A DNA stretch of 64,000 bases from positions 224,001 to 288,000 of the IMG/VR virus record IMGVR_UViG_3300038679_000051. One strand, given 5' to 3'. Made by a program: the position numbers and the translations under genes. How positions within the stretch are numbered: position 1 is the first letter of the stretch; the number at the start of each line of letters is the position of its first letter. This document shows, one piece after another, positions 20,540 through 29,757 of this stretch. This DNA comes from a virus (Duplodnaviria > Caudoviricetes). Under the pieces are notes generated by a model. The model was not told the origin of the DNA and did no database searches. It worked only from the letters and a program-made list of their open reading frames with translations.

Positions 20540-20988
20540 AACAAATCCTCACCCTCACCGTCTGAACCAATCGAGCCGCAAGAACCGGTCGCCCCCGTCG
20601 GGCCGGTTGGACCTTGTGCGCCAGTATAACACATTGTATTGGTTTGGAAGTTGCTGCGCCAATGCCATTCATCGAAGAAAATCTTCCTAGAATCATCATA
20701 GGAAAGTTCGACTGTGGTATCGGTAGTGAGAATGAATAAATCTATAAGTTTATGATATTCACCAACATACAAAATTGGGACAGGAAGATTAATGTTGTGC
20801 GAAACCTTCTTGAACTTCTTTGCCAACGTTAATTTTCGTTTCAATACTTCGACCAACAGTTTGTTGTATTTCTTCAACGCTATCTTATAATTCTTGATGT
20901 GGGCTTCCCTGTGTTTCTTCAACGCCTTAAGAATTGCTTGTGTTTCGAACTTTAGATTCATTTCCATGTGGTTTCTCCTTTTTATCAT
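20536..20988 (-). CDS. hypothetical protein with short Gly-X-Y C-terminal tail
   Basis: likely start 20967 (AGGAG RBS); ends YTGAQGPTGPTGATGSCGSIGSDGEG. Confidence 0.65.
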   Translation of the reverse strand: MIKRRNHMEMNLKFETQAILKALKKHREAHIKNYKIALKKYNKLLVEVLKRKLTLAKKFKKVSHNINLPVPILYVGEYHKLIDLFILTTDTTVELSYDDSRKIFFDEWHWRSNFQTNTMCYTGAQGPTGPTGATGSCGSIGSDGEGEDLL

Positions 20989-21151
20989 TGTATCTAACTG
21001 CGTAACCGGCCTCGCCTTCTATGCGATGCCCGGTTCTTGCCGCATGTCGAGATGCGTTTCTCGGTCCATGTTCATGATCTTGGGTACTCCACTTGCAGTC
21101 CTGGCATTCTGCAAGGAAGCGTACCAGAAATTGTCTATGTCTGCGTTTCAT
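20927..21151 (-). CDS. small Cys/His-containing hypothetical protein
   Basis: ATGA overlap with upstream gene; CxxC plus HAARTGH. Confidence 0.5.
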   Translation of the reverse strand: MKRRHRQFLVRFLAECQDCKWSTQDHEHGPRNASRHAARTGHRIEGEAGYAVRYNDKKEKPHGNESKVRNTSNS

Positions 21152-22002
21152 GCGTTCCAATCACGATGCTGGAAGAATGGATCAGCTTTACTGTTCGGCG
21201 TAGAAGATAATTTCCGACGCAATTTCGGTAATCTATCATCTTCTTTAAGCGTTTTAAAGGCTAGATCATTCGATGGTATTCTGATTCGTTCAATACCTTT
21301 CTTGATTAGATCATGAATCCCGACTGCATCTAATTTTGTACCGTTGTTGATGGCTACTCGGACGTAGATGCGATCTTCTTCCGGAAGAATGCTCCAGTCG
21401 TTTAAACACTTTTCACACCAACCATTGACTAAGGCGATGTCTGAATGGATTGGGCATTCTTCAATCCAAATCATTGGGAATTCACCGACGCGACACAATC
21501 GATAGACATGACCTTCGACGTTCATAATGCTTGGTGTGTTACGACGTCGTGCGACGTGCAACATTCTTATGCTGGCATTTACGTTTACCATATCGCCATC
21601 AAATGCAATGAATGGTCTGTCGTTTGATCGTCGTCGTAATTCTGATGCAATTTCCGACGAACAATCAGGGCCATATGCCTCAATTAATTCGTTGTCCTTC
21701 CATTGTGAGACCGGGCGCAGAGTAGACATCACATCGATGATTAGGTTTGATTCTTCTGATTTCTCCACGCCTTTCAGAATTGCCCATCCAGCACAAAATC
21801 TGGCAATTTTTACACCGTGTTTATCGACAAAGATCGCTCTGGCATCACCCTCTTTGGTGGTTCCTGCTTTGAGCATCCGATCATCATCAATGCCGAGTTC
21901 ATTAAGATATGACAAAACATCGGAAACCGACAGTTTCATTGTGTCGGCTGCTTTTGTGATCTCTTGTTCTTTGAAGGGGGTAGACGGGACATGATTACTC
22001 AT
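21148..22002 (-). CDS. hypothetical protein with possible Zn ribbon
   Basis: AGGAG-like RBS; CPIH...WCEKC. Confidence 0.7.
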   Translation of the reverse strand: MSNHVPSTPFKEQEITKAADTMKLSVSDVLSYLNELGIDDDRMLKAGTTKEGDARAIFVDKHGVKIARFCAGWAILKGVEKSEESNLIIDVMSTLRPVSQWKDNELIEAYGPDCSSEIASELRRRSNDRPFIAFDGDMVNVNASIRMLHVARRRNTPSIMNVEGHVYRLCRVGEFPMIWIEECPIHSDIALVNGWCEKCLNDWSILPEEDRIYVRVAINNGTKLDAVGIHDLIKKGIERIRIPSNDLAFKTLKEDDRLPKLRRKLSSTPNSKADPFFQHRDWNA

Positions 22003-22073
22003 CTTATTTCTCCTCTCGCTCGCAAACGCCTCATGACTCTGGACTAATCAGCACATCGCCTTTCGTCCGCTCC

Positions 22074-22081
22074 TATAAATA
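22074..22081 (+). promoter_or_regulatory. T4-type late promoter TATAAATA
   Basis: exact TATAAATA in the intergenic gap upstream of the operon leading to the gp15-like gene. Confidence 0.45.
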
Positions 22082-22137
22082 CATACGCATGTCAGGATTA
22101 ATGAAAATTCTGTTGAAAAATAAATTAGGGAGGACAT

Positions 22138-22479
22138 ATGTTTACGCTTAAATTTAATGTCTTAAACATGAAAGAGGTACAACAAAAGATGTTGAAAGCC
22201 GTTGAAGGACACATCTCGAACATGTCACCAATAATTGCGCAAATGGCGCGAGAAGAGATGGAGAAATTATCGAAATTTCCAATGTCAGTGAAGATGAATG
22301 GGAATGCAGCACAAATAAGTCCGATTACCAAGAATGAAAAGGAGTCGGAGGAAGCTGTCGATGAGGCTACCAAGGGGGCCAGTCCGCAATTTATGACGCA
22401 ATTTAAATTTAAAAATAAATCCTGGGTGACGCGAAGTCTCAAGATGAAAATGAAGGATGTCAAACATGGGAATTTATAA
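22138..22479 (+). CDS. hypothetical protein
   Basis: GGAGG RBS; 113 aa. Confidence 0.6.
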   Translation: MFTLKFNVLNMKEVQQKMLKAVEGHISNMSPIIAQMAREEMEKLSKFPMSVKMNGNAAQISPITKNEKESEEAVDEATKGASPQFMTQFKFKNKSWVTRSLKMKMKDVKHGNL

Positions 22480-23341
22480 TTTTGAATCAGTCAAACACGT
22501 AACCACACAAATGCCGAAGGCACAGTATGGTTACGTTGAACCAGATCCAATTATCCCGACTGCACCACCACAATTTCCTAGTATGGCTAAGAAAGTGAAC
22601 GTAGTTGGTGACCCCATAAATTCAGCACATTATGAAGATGTCATGCCGGTATATGAACCGGCATATCATTATCTCGACGAGGGAATGAAACGATATTTCA
22701 GTGAAATTAGGATACCGACTAGAGATTCCTATCGTAAAATGTCAGTGAAGATTGCTGGTGGAGATAAGTCAATATTGATATGGAAGAAAGAGTTCGAGAA
22801 TGAACACAGCCGCGTTTCACTGCCCGTAATGTCGATCAATCGAACCGGCGAACAATTCAATCCAATGAAATTCTCACCGCCATATATGCCGATCTCCAGA
22901 AAATTCGCGACGACGGACAAGACTAGATTGCAATTATGCTATCGTCCTACGCCGTCTTTGGTATCATATCAGATGACCATTTGGGCTGAACACAAACGTG
23001 ACGCCGAATATGCGCTATACGACATAAGGACTAGGTTTAATCCATTGGCAGAATTCGTGGCAGATGACAAACAGGCAATTGGTAACGTCATTTTGAAATA
23101 TGATGGCATGGTGGATTCTTCAGACAAGGAAGCTGCTGCCGCTGTAAGAGCCAACGTCCGATATGACATTAATCTGACAGCTGAGGCTTGGTTGTCGTTA
23201 CCCATAAGATTAATGCCATCGGTGCTCGGTCGAGTGACACAATTGGCTGAATTCAGTGGTGAGATCTTCGGCACATTATTTGGTAATAGTTTTCATGATT
23301 ATAAAGAAGCATTATTAGATGATGCTACGGCCACTCTATAA
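22457..23341 (+). CDS. tail terminator / sheath stabiliser, T4 gp15-like
   Basis: VSLPVMSINRTG...PTPSLVSYQMTIWAE...D....RFNP pattern; upstream of sheath. Confidence 0.7.
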   Translation: MSNMGIYNFESVKHVTTQMPKAQYGYVEPDPIIPTAPPQFPSMAKKVNVVGDPINSAHYEDVMPVYEPAYHYLDEGMKRYFSEIRIPTRDSYRKMSVKIAGGDKSILIWKKEFENEHSRVSLPVMSINRTGEQFNPMKFSPPYMPISRKFATTDKTRLQLCYRPTPSLVSYQMTIWAEHKRDAEYALYDIRTRFNPLAEFVADDKQAIGNVILKYDGMVDSSDKEAAAAVRANVRYDINLTAEAWLSLPIRLMPSVLGRVTQLAEFSGEIFGTLFGNSFHDYKEALLDDATATL

Positions 23342-23391
23342 TTGTCCATGTATTTAATTTTGGGTATTTCTAAAAAGAAAAGGAGGATGTA

Positions 23392-23682
23392 ATGGCTACA
23401 CGTCCGATGACACAGAGAGAGATCAAGAAGCAACTGGATGCACAGAAGAAGCTGGATTTCGTAGTAGTATACAATTGTTCAAACCAATTAATAAATTTGC
23501 AAATCGAAAGACAATCTAAGCCGGGTCACAAGAAGCTTGATTTCTTTCATGCGCAACAGAACGTGCAATTATATCCAAAGAAGACCGTGAAACTGCCAAA
23601 ATCAATAACGATGACCGAACAACTCAAAAACCTTCAAGCTAAGGGATTTCTGAAGATATTGGGCCAATCATCAGAAGAATGA
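23392..23682 (+). CDS. small hypothetical, paralog of 61305..61550
   Basis: VYNCSNQ...YPKKTV...EQLKNLQAKG aligns with IRNVSNG...KPQTNV...EQILNLRRKN. Confidence 0.65.
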   Translation: MATRPMTQREIKKQLDAQKKLDFVVVYNCSNQLINLQIERQSKPGHKKLDFFHAQQNVQLYPKKTVKLPKSITMTEQLKNLQAKGFLKILGQSSEE

Positions 23683-23849
23683 ATATGAATATGGAAATGA
23701 AATGCATGATTTGCGGCATGCGAATCAGTGCTGCAAAAGAACAAGAATTGCTCAAAAGAGCACAAAAACAAAAATGGGTCAAATCAGAGGACGGATGGCG
23801 TTGCCCAGCATGTTATCGTATGTCTGAACGACATAAGAAACGAACATGA
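23679..23849 (+). CDS. small Zn-finger-like protein (56 aa, below ORF track cut-off)
   Basis: ATGA overlap; MNMNMEMKCMICG...GWRCPACY. Confidence 0.55.
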   Translation: MNMNMEMKCMICGMRISAAKEQELLKRAQKQKWVKSEDGWRCPACYRMSERHKKRT

Positions 23850-23913
23850 CCACTGCGCTGCACTGCAATGCGCGGCCAAGCTAACCTTTGTAGTTTTGCA
23901 GGTAGGAGATACA

Positions 23914-24183
23914 ATGGCTGATCCGCTTGAACCGACGTGTGAGGCGTGTGGCGTCCCCTATGTTGAGCACCTTGGGTTGATAGGCACCTGTAACAGGTTA
24001 CAGAGAGCGCTGAAGTTGCTGGAGGAGGTCTGCAGTTGGCATAGGGACCAAGACAGCCAGGACTACAACGAATGCGATAAGGAACCGTGTCAGTTTTGCG
24101 TGTGGGTGTCCGAGTTACGGGCGGGAAACGATAACGTAAAACAGGGGTTAACGTGCCTAAGGCGAAAGCGTCATACAAACTAA
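23914..24183 (+). CDS. Cys-rich hypothetical protein
   Basis: AGGAG RBS before ATG 23914; CEAC...CDKEPCQFC. Confidence 0.55.
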   Translation: MADPLEPTCEACGVPYVEHLGLIGTCNRLQRALKLLEEVCSWHRDQDSQDYNECDKEPCQFCVWVSELRAGNDNVKQGLTCLRRKRHTN

Positions 24184-24277
24184 GCGGCTTTATGTGCAGC
24201 GCCGATTTTCATTTTGGGGTCAGGTCCAGGAAGCGCGGTCAGGTGTACGGCAGCCTAGAAAGAAGCAATATTGATTG

Positions 24278-24308
24278 ATCCACAGGTGGATTGAACCACC
24301 AGGTGGTT
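24278..24308. repeat. tandem short palindromes ATCCAC-ag-GTGGAT and AACCACC-a-GGTGGTT
   Basis: read directly; sit at the 5' breakpoint of the truncated Mom-like gene. Confidence 0.6.
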
Positions 24309-24639
24309 TCAAAGGAAATGTCAACTTTCCTCATGGTTTCTATCACGTGTGACTAAAATGTTATGGAATGATAAACCATTAATCAAGAAAATCATTACGT
24401 TTGCTGATACGACATATGGTCATGAAGGCACAATTTATAAGGCAGCAAATTGGACGTTGATCGGACAAGTGAAGCCCGATTATTGGTATGTTGATGAACA
24501 TGGTAATCGATTCCACAAGAAAACAATATGGGATCATGCCTCAAAAATGAGTCAAAACGAAGAAGAATATGCCAATTTATATGGATTAAATAAAATTGTT
24601 GGTGGTATGAAACATAGATATGTTATTGATCGACCGTAG
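24307..24639 (+). pseudogene. 5'-truncated Mom-like GNAT fragment
   Basis: FQRKCQLSSWFLSR...IITFADTTYGHEGTIYKAANW...VKPDYWYV...HKKTIW homologous to C-termini of 15676 and 31648; frame closed by TGA at 24292-24294. Confidence 0.75.
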
Positions 24640-24736
24640 TTTATATACTTAATGAAATTACACCAGATGCAAATCTAAAGCAAAATTACATTGAAGCAGT
24701 TGTTGAGCTGAAACCACAGAAAAGGAGAACACAAAA

Positions 24737-27610
24737 ATGCCAGTTTACCTCTCTCCGGGCGTATTTCCACGTGAAATCGATCTGAGCGTAATCCCGACTG
24801 CAGTTGGTCCGTTACGCCCAGCGTTTATTGGGACCGCAAAGAAAGGTCCAATGAATGCTCCAACATATGTGACTACGTCACAACAATTTATTGATACGTT
24901 CGGGACGCCATTCCCAGAATCGTTCATGGGGTATGCCGTCTTGGCCTACATGGAAGAGGGTAATCAGGCATACATCCTTCGTGCTGGCGTGGAATGTGAA
25001 GAAGGCCAGGTAGAAGAATTGGCCGACATTTGCATAGATACGAGCGGTGCCAATGGACATGGTTGGGGTCGAATACCAGTATTTACTGGCATTGATTATG
25101 GTAAAATTCGTCTGCGCAGCGTTTCAACTACTGAACCATTGGCATTCCACAGCGCGGCCATAACTGACATTTATTTTAGTGATATGGATGTAACGGTTCC
25201 TACTGCAGCGACTTTGTCATTTGTCGGCGGTGGTTTGTCGGATGCATATGCTGGCGCAATCGATGATTCTTATTTGCTTTTGATCACATCCGCACCAACG
25301 ACTGGTGCGATGATAGCCGGTGCAACATATGAAGTCATACGCAACAGCGATGGCGTGATCATTGCATCTGGCATGTTGTCTGAATCGGTCGTTGGGCAAT
25401 CAGATCCAATTACGTTAGTTGATGGCATGATTTGCAGCATAATCGTTACGTCTGGTGAATTGGACGTACAAGACAGCTTTTCTTTTAATGCCCGACCCGA
25501 CAATAGAAGTTTTGGATTTGCGGTTGATCTCTCACAATCACCGACGGTCAACATCCACAGTTTTAATGATGGCGAATCATTCACTGATGCCGATACGTTC
25601 GTCACTCGTTTCAATGCCATAATCGGCGGTTCTGAGGATTATAAAGCCGTTCATGAAGATGAAATCATTTACATTCGTTCTGACGTTGCGGGTGTCAACA
25701 TTCAAATGCAACATTCTGAAGCTTGGGCTTTGGAAGTTGGTCGCAGTTTGTATGCTTATGACATCCCACGATCATTCTTGATTTCTACTGATGCTGGTCC
25801 ATTCAACATCACTGCCAACAACAACCGAATCAAAATGACGGTAGTGGATGGCGAGCCGGTTCAAGCCACTACGGATTTAGAATTCTCAATCCCAATTGGT
25901 TTGAATTTGACGACCGCACAAGTAGCAGCTGGAATTCAGCCAGGCGGCATCAAGAATGGTTCAAGATTTTTCAATGCATACCCATTGGAAATATCAACTG
26001 GCGTCTATTACGTGGTGATTGAGACGGCAGTAGATCATTGTTATGGGGTATTGAAATTGCAAGCCAATCTGAGCAACGTTCGGACGTTGCGATTTGCTGA
26101 AGAATTGGAAATTCAATATCCATACTATCGGAATTTCCGGACTTATGGTGATAGTCGAGCCATGTTGCCGACGACTGGCGTCATTACGCCATCCGTGCCG
26201 CTCTCATGTGAAATCGACCCATTGTCCGATGATTGTGCACTTGATAGTGCATATTTTGCAGGCATTGTCGGCTGGTTTGTGGCGAAATCCCCCGGCACCT
26301 GGATCGACAGCTATACTCTTGATTTGACGCAGCGACTGACCGGAACCACCAGTGGTGGTTCCGTACAACAAGCTGGACATTTTGACATAACATTGCGTGA
26401 TTTGTCTGGCGTGACCGTTGATCGCGTTGAAGACGTTACATTTGATCCGCGTGATTCACGTTTCGTCGGAAACGTCATCAATGCAGGGTCTACGCTCGGC
26501 GGATTCAATGGCAATGCCTTCATCCAATGGGAATCTCGTCCGTCATTTTTGGCAAACGATCCGCTCGATCCAACGACGTTCGTGGTGCGCGTACCAAGCC
26601 CAGTCAATCGTGGTGCGTTCATTGATGCGGCCAATGGCATACCGACCGATCCAGCTTATTCTAGTGAATTGGATCGCGTGTTCATCGGCAATCCAGCCAA
26701 GGAAAGCGGCATTTATGCCTTCCAGAACCCAGAAGTATTCGACATCAATCTGTTGTTGGTGCCTGGTGCGTCATCTGGTGCGGTCATTGGTCAGATGTTG
26801 CAATTCTGTGAAGCACGTGGTGATGTGCTTTCGATCATTGATCCGCCTTTCGGATTGCGCCCACAACAGGTCGTCGATTGGCACAACGGCATGTTGTTCG
26901 CTGATCTACAGAACAGCATTAATAGTTCGTATGGTGCATTGTATTGGTCCTGGTTGCGGATCTTTGATCAATACAACGGCGGGGACATTTACATACCACC
27001 TAGCGGCCACGTCAGTTCAGTCTTCGCTCGTACGGCTCGTGTAGCGGAACAATGGTTTGCACCCGCTGGTCTTAATCGCGGTCATTTGCTCACGCCGACG
27101 GCAGTTGAATTCAATCCGACGATGGGTGAACGCGATTTGCTCTACGGTTCAGGAAACGCCGTCAACCCAATCGTCAATTTCGTGCAAGACGGCATCACGA
27201 TTTGGGGTCAACGGACGCTTCAACGCCGTCAGAGTGCGTTGGATCGCGTAAACGTCCGAATGTTGTTGATTTACATCAAGAAGAATTTGTCGAGAGCGTT
27301 ACGACAGTTCATCTTTGAGCCGAACGATAGAATTCTCTGGGCACAAGTCCGATCGGTCGTCAATCCATTCTTGGCCGACATTCAGGCACGGCGTGGTTTG
27401 CAAGCGTTCAAAGTGGTGTGCGACGAGACCAACAATACGCCTGAACGGATCGATCGCAATGAGTTGTGGATATCAGTCTTCCTCAAACCCACAAGAGCGG
27501 TGGAATTTATCGTGCTCAACCTTGTCATTCTCAGAACCGAGGCGAGCTTTTCGAGTGAAGAAGTCCTCCAAGCAGGCGGTGTAGTAACGCAACAACCAGC
27601 GTCTGTATAA
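24737..27610 (+). CDS. tail sheath protein, gp18-like
   Basis: YLSPGVFPREID, FIGTAKKGP, YGALYWSW, WFAPAGLNRG, VNPI...GITIWGQRTL..RVNVRML, FIFEPND. Confidence 0.97.
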   Translation: MPVYLSPGVFPREIDLSVIPTAVGPLRPAFIGTAKKGPMNAPTYVTTSQQFIDTFGTPFPESFMGYAVLAYMEEGNQAYILRAGVECEEGQVEELADICIDTSGANGHGWGRIPVFTGIDYGKIRLRSVSTTEPLAFHSAAITDIYFSDMDVTVPTAATLSFVGGGLSDAYAGAIDDSYLLLITSAPTTGAMIAGATYEVIRNSDGVIIASGMLSESVVGQSDPITLVDGMICSIIVTSGELDVQDSFSFNARPDNRSFGFAVDLSQSPTVNIHSFNDGESFTDADTFVTRFNAIIGGSEDYKAVHEDEIIYIRSDVAGVNIQMQHSEAWALEVGRSLYAYDIPRSFLISTDAGPFNITANNNRIKMTVVDGEPVQATTDLEFSIPIGLNLTTAQVAAGIQPGGIKNGSRFFNAYPLEISTGVYYVVIETAVDHCYGVLKLQANLSNVRTLRFAEELEIQYPYYRNFRTYGDSRAMLPTTGVITPSVPLSCEIDPLSDDCALDSAYFAGIVGWFVAKSPGTWIDSYTLDLTQRLTGTTSGGSVQQAGHFDITLRDLSGVTVDRVEDVTFDPRDSRFVGNVINAGSTLGGFNGNAFIQWESRPSFLANDPLDPTTFVVRVPSPVNRGAFIDAANGIPTDPAYSSELDRVFIGNPAKESGIYAFQNPEVFDINLLLVPGASSGAVIGQMLQFCEARGDVLSIIDPPFGLRPQQVVDWHNGMLFADLQNSINSSYGALYWSWLRIFDQYNGGDIYIPPSGHVSSVFARTARVAEQWFAPAGLNRGHLLTPTAVEFNPTMGERDLLYGSGNAVNPIVNFVQDGITIWGQRTLQRRQSALDRVNVRMLLIYIKKNLSRALRQFIFEPNDRILWAQVRSVVNPFLADIQARRGLQAFKVVCDETNNTPERIDRNELWISVFLKPTRAVEFIVLNLVILRTEASFSSEEVLQAGGVVTQQPASV

Positions 27611-27621
27611 CATATTTTTAG

Positions 27622-27664
27622 GATAAAGAAAAGGGGAGGCGATAAACCTCCCTTTTTCTTTATC
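27622..27664. terminator. rho-independent (likely bidirectional) terminator after sheath
   Basis: GATAAAGAAAAGGGGAGG-cgataaa-CCTCCCTTTTTCTTTATC, 18-bp stem with A/T tracts. Confidence 0.85.
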
Positions 27665-27700
27665 GGAATTATTGCAAAGCATACATAACAGGAGATTGGT

Positions 27701-28141
27701 ATGAAATTGAAGATGCTTTACGAAAATCTAAAGAAAGAGTATGATAAAGATAAACACGAAAATTTAGAGGCCATTGCAGAAATAGCAGGTGCATATATCA
27801 TTAAAAAAGACCGAGACGAATTTTATTCAAATAATCCGAGAGCATGGATGACTGATGATCCAAATTTAAAAGACGAGCGTGGTAATATCATAGCAAAATG
27901 GTATTTGGTGGATTTGGGTGAATCTGGTCCAAGACCAGAACCAGAGGCATGGTGGGCACACGAGAAATATCGATTGGGCGATCCACACAGGAAAAATGAC
28001 TTCTACATCAAATCATTGCAAGTTAATCCCCCTGATCCAATATATGACCGGGGACTTGGCGGATTTCAATTTTATCCTAAAGATTTCTGGAAACAAGAAG
28101 GAATAAAATTTGGATTTGGGAACGATACAATCAGTTTCTAA
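27701..28141 (+). CDS. hypothetical protein
   Basis: AGGAG RBS; begins MKLKMLYE. Confidence 0.65.
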   Translation: MKLKMLYENLKKEYDKDKHENLEAIAEIAGAYIIKKDRDEFYSNNPRAWMTDDPNLKDERGNIIAKWYLVDLGESGPRPEPEAWWAHEKYRLGDPHRKNDFYIKSLQVNPPDPIYDRGLGGFQFYPKDFWKQEGIKFGFGNDTISF

Positions 28142-28215
28142 GAGACGGCACATCCAACCACACAACCACATAAACAACAAAACATTTACGAGCTTGTGTG
28201 AGGTATTTAAATGAT

Positions 28216-28291
28216 GCGTGTGAAGCATAGTGATCGATGCGCCTGACTACCAGTTGGGAGAGGGGAGTGTAATTCTCGCCCACACGCTCCA
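28216..28291 (+). tRNA. atypical tRNA-Gly (anticodon ACC)
   Basis: acceptor GCGTGTG/CACACGC, U73, encoded CCA, D-stem GCAT/ATGC, anticodon arm CCTGA-CTACCAG-TTGGG; T-loop TGTAATT, bulged T-stem, A8 and no D-loop GG are non-canonical. Confidence 0.75.
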
Positions 28292-28299
28292 AAACGTCA

Positions 28300-28485
28300 T
28301 TTTGTGCAGCCTACTTGGTACGGAAGACCAAGTAAAAGCGCGGATAACAATTCCTAAGGGCGAAACAGTGAACAGTGCAGGCCCGCGACGAAGGAAAGTC
28401 GGCAACTAAACCCCTTCACCCGGTGGGCAGGAACATTTACCGTAAGTCAAACCATTGCGGACTTGTTGAAACCGGGTAAATTTTT
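28300..28485 (+). ncRNA. candidate structured RNA / leader of unknown class
   Basis: hairpins TACTTGGT/ACCAAGTA, GGGC/GCCC, CGAC/GTCG, AAGTC/GACTT and alternative pairings of 28471-28481. Confidence 0.3.
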
Positions 28486-28500
28486 AAATAGGGGTGCAAA

Positions 28501-28776
28501 ATGCCATTATTTGTCGATTTAGAAGGTGTGATGGGCGGAGAATTAGAGGGACCGCTTGTGGGCACAGTCCAACAGGCAATGACGTCTTTAAAGACATCTC
28601 GGATTGTCAGTGGGGCTGGCGATAATGGGGCATGGCACGTTTATGTTCGAGACGATGACAAGTATGTTTGTTGTTTTTATCGTCACTTTACAAAAATAAA
28701 CGAAATGACTTTTACATCAAAAACTCAAGTGAGAATGTGGTTGCGGGAATGGTTGCCGAGAATACAGCACCAATAA
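28501..28776 (+). CDS. hypothetical protein
   Basis: 91-aa ORF with AGGGG RBS. Confidence 0.55.
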   Translation: MPLFVDLEGVMGGELEGPLVGTVQQAMTSLKTSRIVSGAGDNGAWHVYVRDDDKYVCCFYRHFTKINEMTFTSKTQVRMWLREWLPRIQHQ

Positions 28777-28795
28777 CTTGGTGGGGAGGGCACAA

Positions 28796-29014
28796 ATGTT
28801 CAGCATAAGAGAGAAGAGAGAAATTTCGGATGCCGTGCAAAAGATTCTGCGAGCAACAAATCATCCGGAATTGCCATCGGGTGAGATTCAGTTTCATTTA
28901 CATGTAGTTGGTGCAGAATCATGGTCATGGGCGGACATTCTCAATAATGGGGCGGTGGTAACGCCTGGACGCAATCCATGGAATGAATCGCAAGATAAGG
29001 AAGCAGTGATATGA
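28796..29014 (+). CDS. small hypothetical phage protein
   Basis: MFSIREKREISDAVQKILRATNHPELP...AESWSWADI; GGAGG RBS. Confidence 0.65.
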   Translation: MFSIREKREISDAVQKILRATNHPELPSGEIQFHLHVVGAESWSWADILNNGAVVTPGRNPWNESQDKEAVI

Positions 29015-29472
29015 TATCAGTTTCTATTAAGAACATGCTGGATACCAAAAATGTCACAAATCTTGTTGGGAACATTATAAAAAATACGATATTTAGCATG
29101 GGCGTTGATACGAACAGCAGTCCTATATCCGGTCAATTCAAAGACGTGCAGAGAAATTTATTGGTGGACATTGATAAGGATGATCTTGACAATTTAATGT
29201 CATTAGCCGTCAGACAATATAGCGAGACTGAAGGTGAGATTATGGAAAAATTCCTGCGATTCGACCGAAACGTTGCTGCTGTAAAAGGATATATACCAAG
29301 ACAAAAAGTCATTGAATCTTTTTGTGTATTGCTGATATATAATCGCATCAGAGAAGAAATCTGCTCGGCGGTAATGTCGAATACGATCCATGATGTGCAT
29401 GTTCCAATTGAATTACCAAGATCAGCAGAATGTGTACAATTCAATCTTGTGCTAGCTGAAACAGGCAATTGA
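29011..29472 (+). CDS. hypothetical protein
   Basis: ATGA overlap; 153 aa. Confidence 0.55.
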   Translation: MISVSIKNMLDTKNVTNLVGNIIKNTIFSMGVDTNSSPISGQFKDVQRNLLVDIDKDDLDNLMSLAVRQYSETEGEIMEKFLRFDRNVAAVKGYIPRQKVIESFCVLLIYNRIREEICSAVMSNTIHDVHVPIELPRSAECVQFNLVLAETGN

Positions 29473-29502
29473 CTAGAAATGATGTGATGATAAAAAAGAG
29501 AC

Positions 29503-29757
29503 ATGAGATACCGCGTCGATTTCAGCAGATTGGCTAGGACGGAAGATGAAGTCATGAAACATAAATTAGTCAGGGAATTCGTAGATGCATTATTCCAAAC
29601 GTATAATCTGAATCGTAAGGAACATCTTCCAGATGGACATATATTGGATGAAATATTCATCGAAGAGGATCGTGATCTATCGGGGATGGACATAATGAAC
29701 GAGCATGTGATTCCGGCATATCCTGAGGCGAAATTGCAATCATGGGATAAATGGTAA
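29503..29757 (+). CDS. hypothetical protein
   Basis: 84-aa ORF in operon. Confidence 0.55.
   Translation: MRYRVDFSRLARTEDEVMKHKLVREFVDALFQTYNLNRKEHLPDGHILDEIFIEEDRDLSGMDIMNEHVIPAYPEAKLQSWDKW

Noticed and set aside
23850-24215. Integron attC-type cassette around the small Cys-rich ORFs
   Set aside because: No convincing RYYYAAC/GTTRRRY paired boxes found by eye and no integrase
24218-24255. SRP (4.5S) RNA-like string GTCAGGTCCAGGAAGC
   Set aside because: The GNRA tetraloop of helix 8 is missing and no long flanking stem is evident
24286-24303. ZTP riboswitch-like GTGG...AACCAC
   Set aside because: Upstream GACTGGCG and downstream CGCCTGGGCA elements are absent
28339-28351. lac operator half-site GCGGATAACAATT (vector contamination or LacI site)
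   Set aside because: Only a 13-nt partial match, no other vector sequence; treated as chance
28360-28497. RNase P RNA or hammerhead ribozyme (AGGAAAGTC, CGAAAC, TAAACCCC strings)
   Set aside because: Conserved elements are incomplete or out of order; no CTGANGA core
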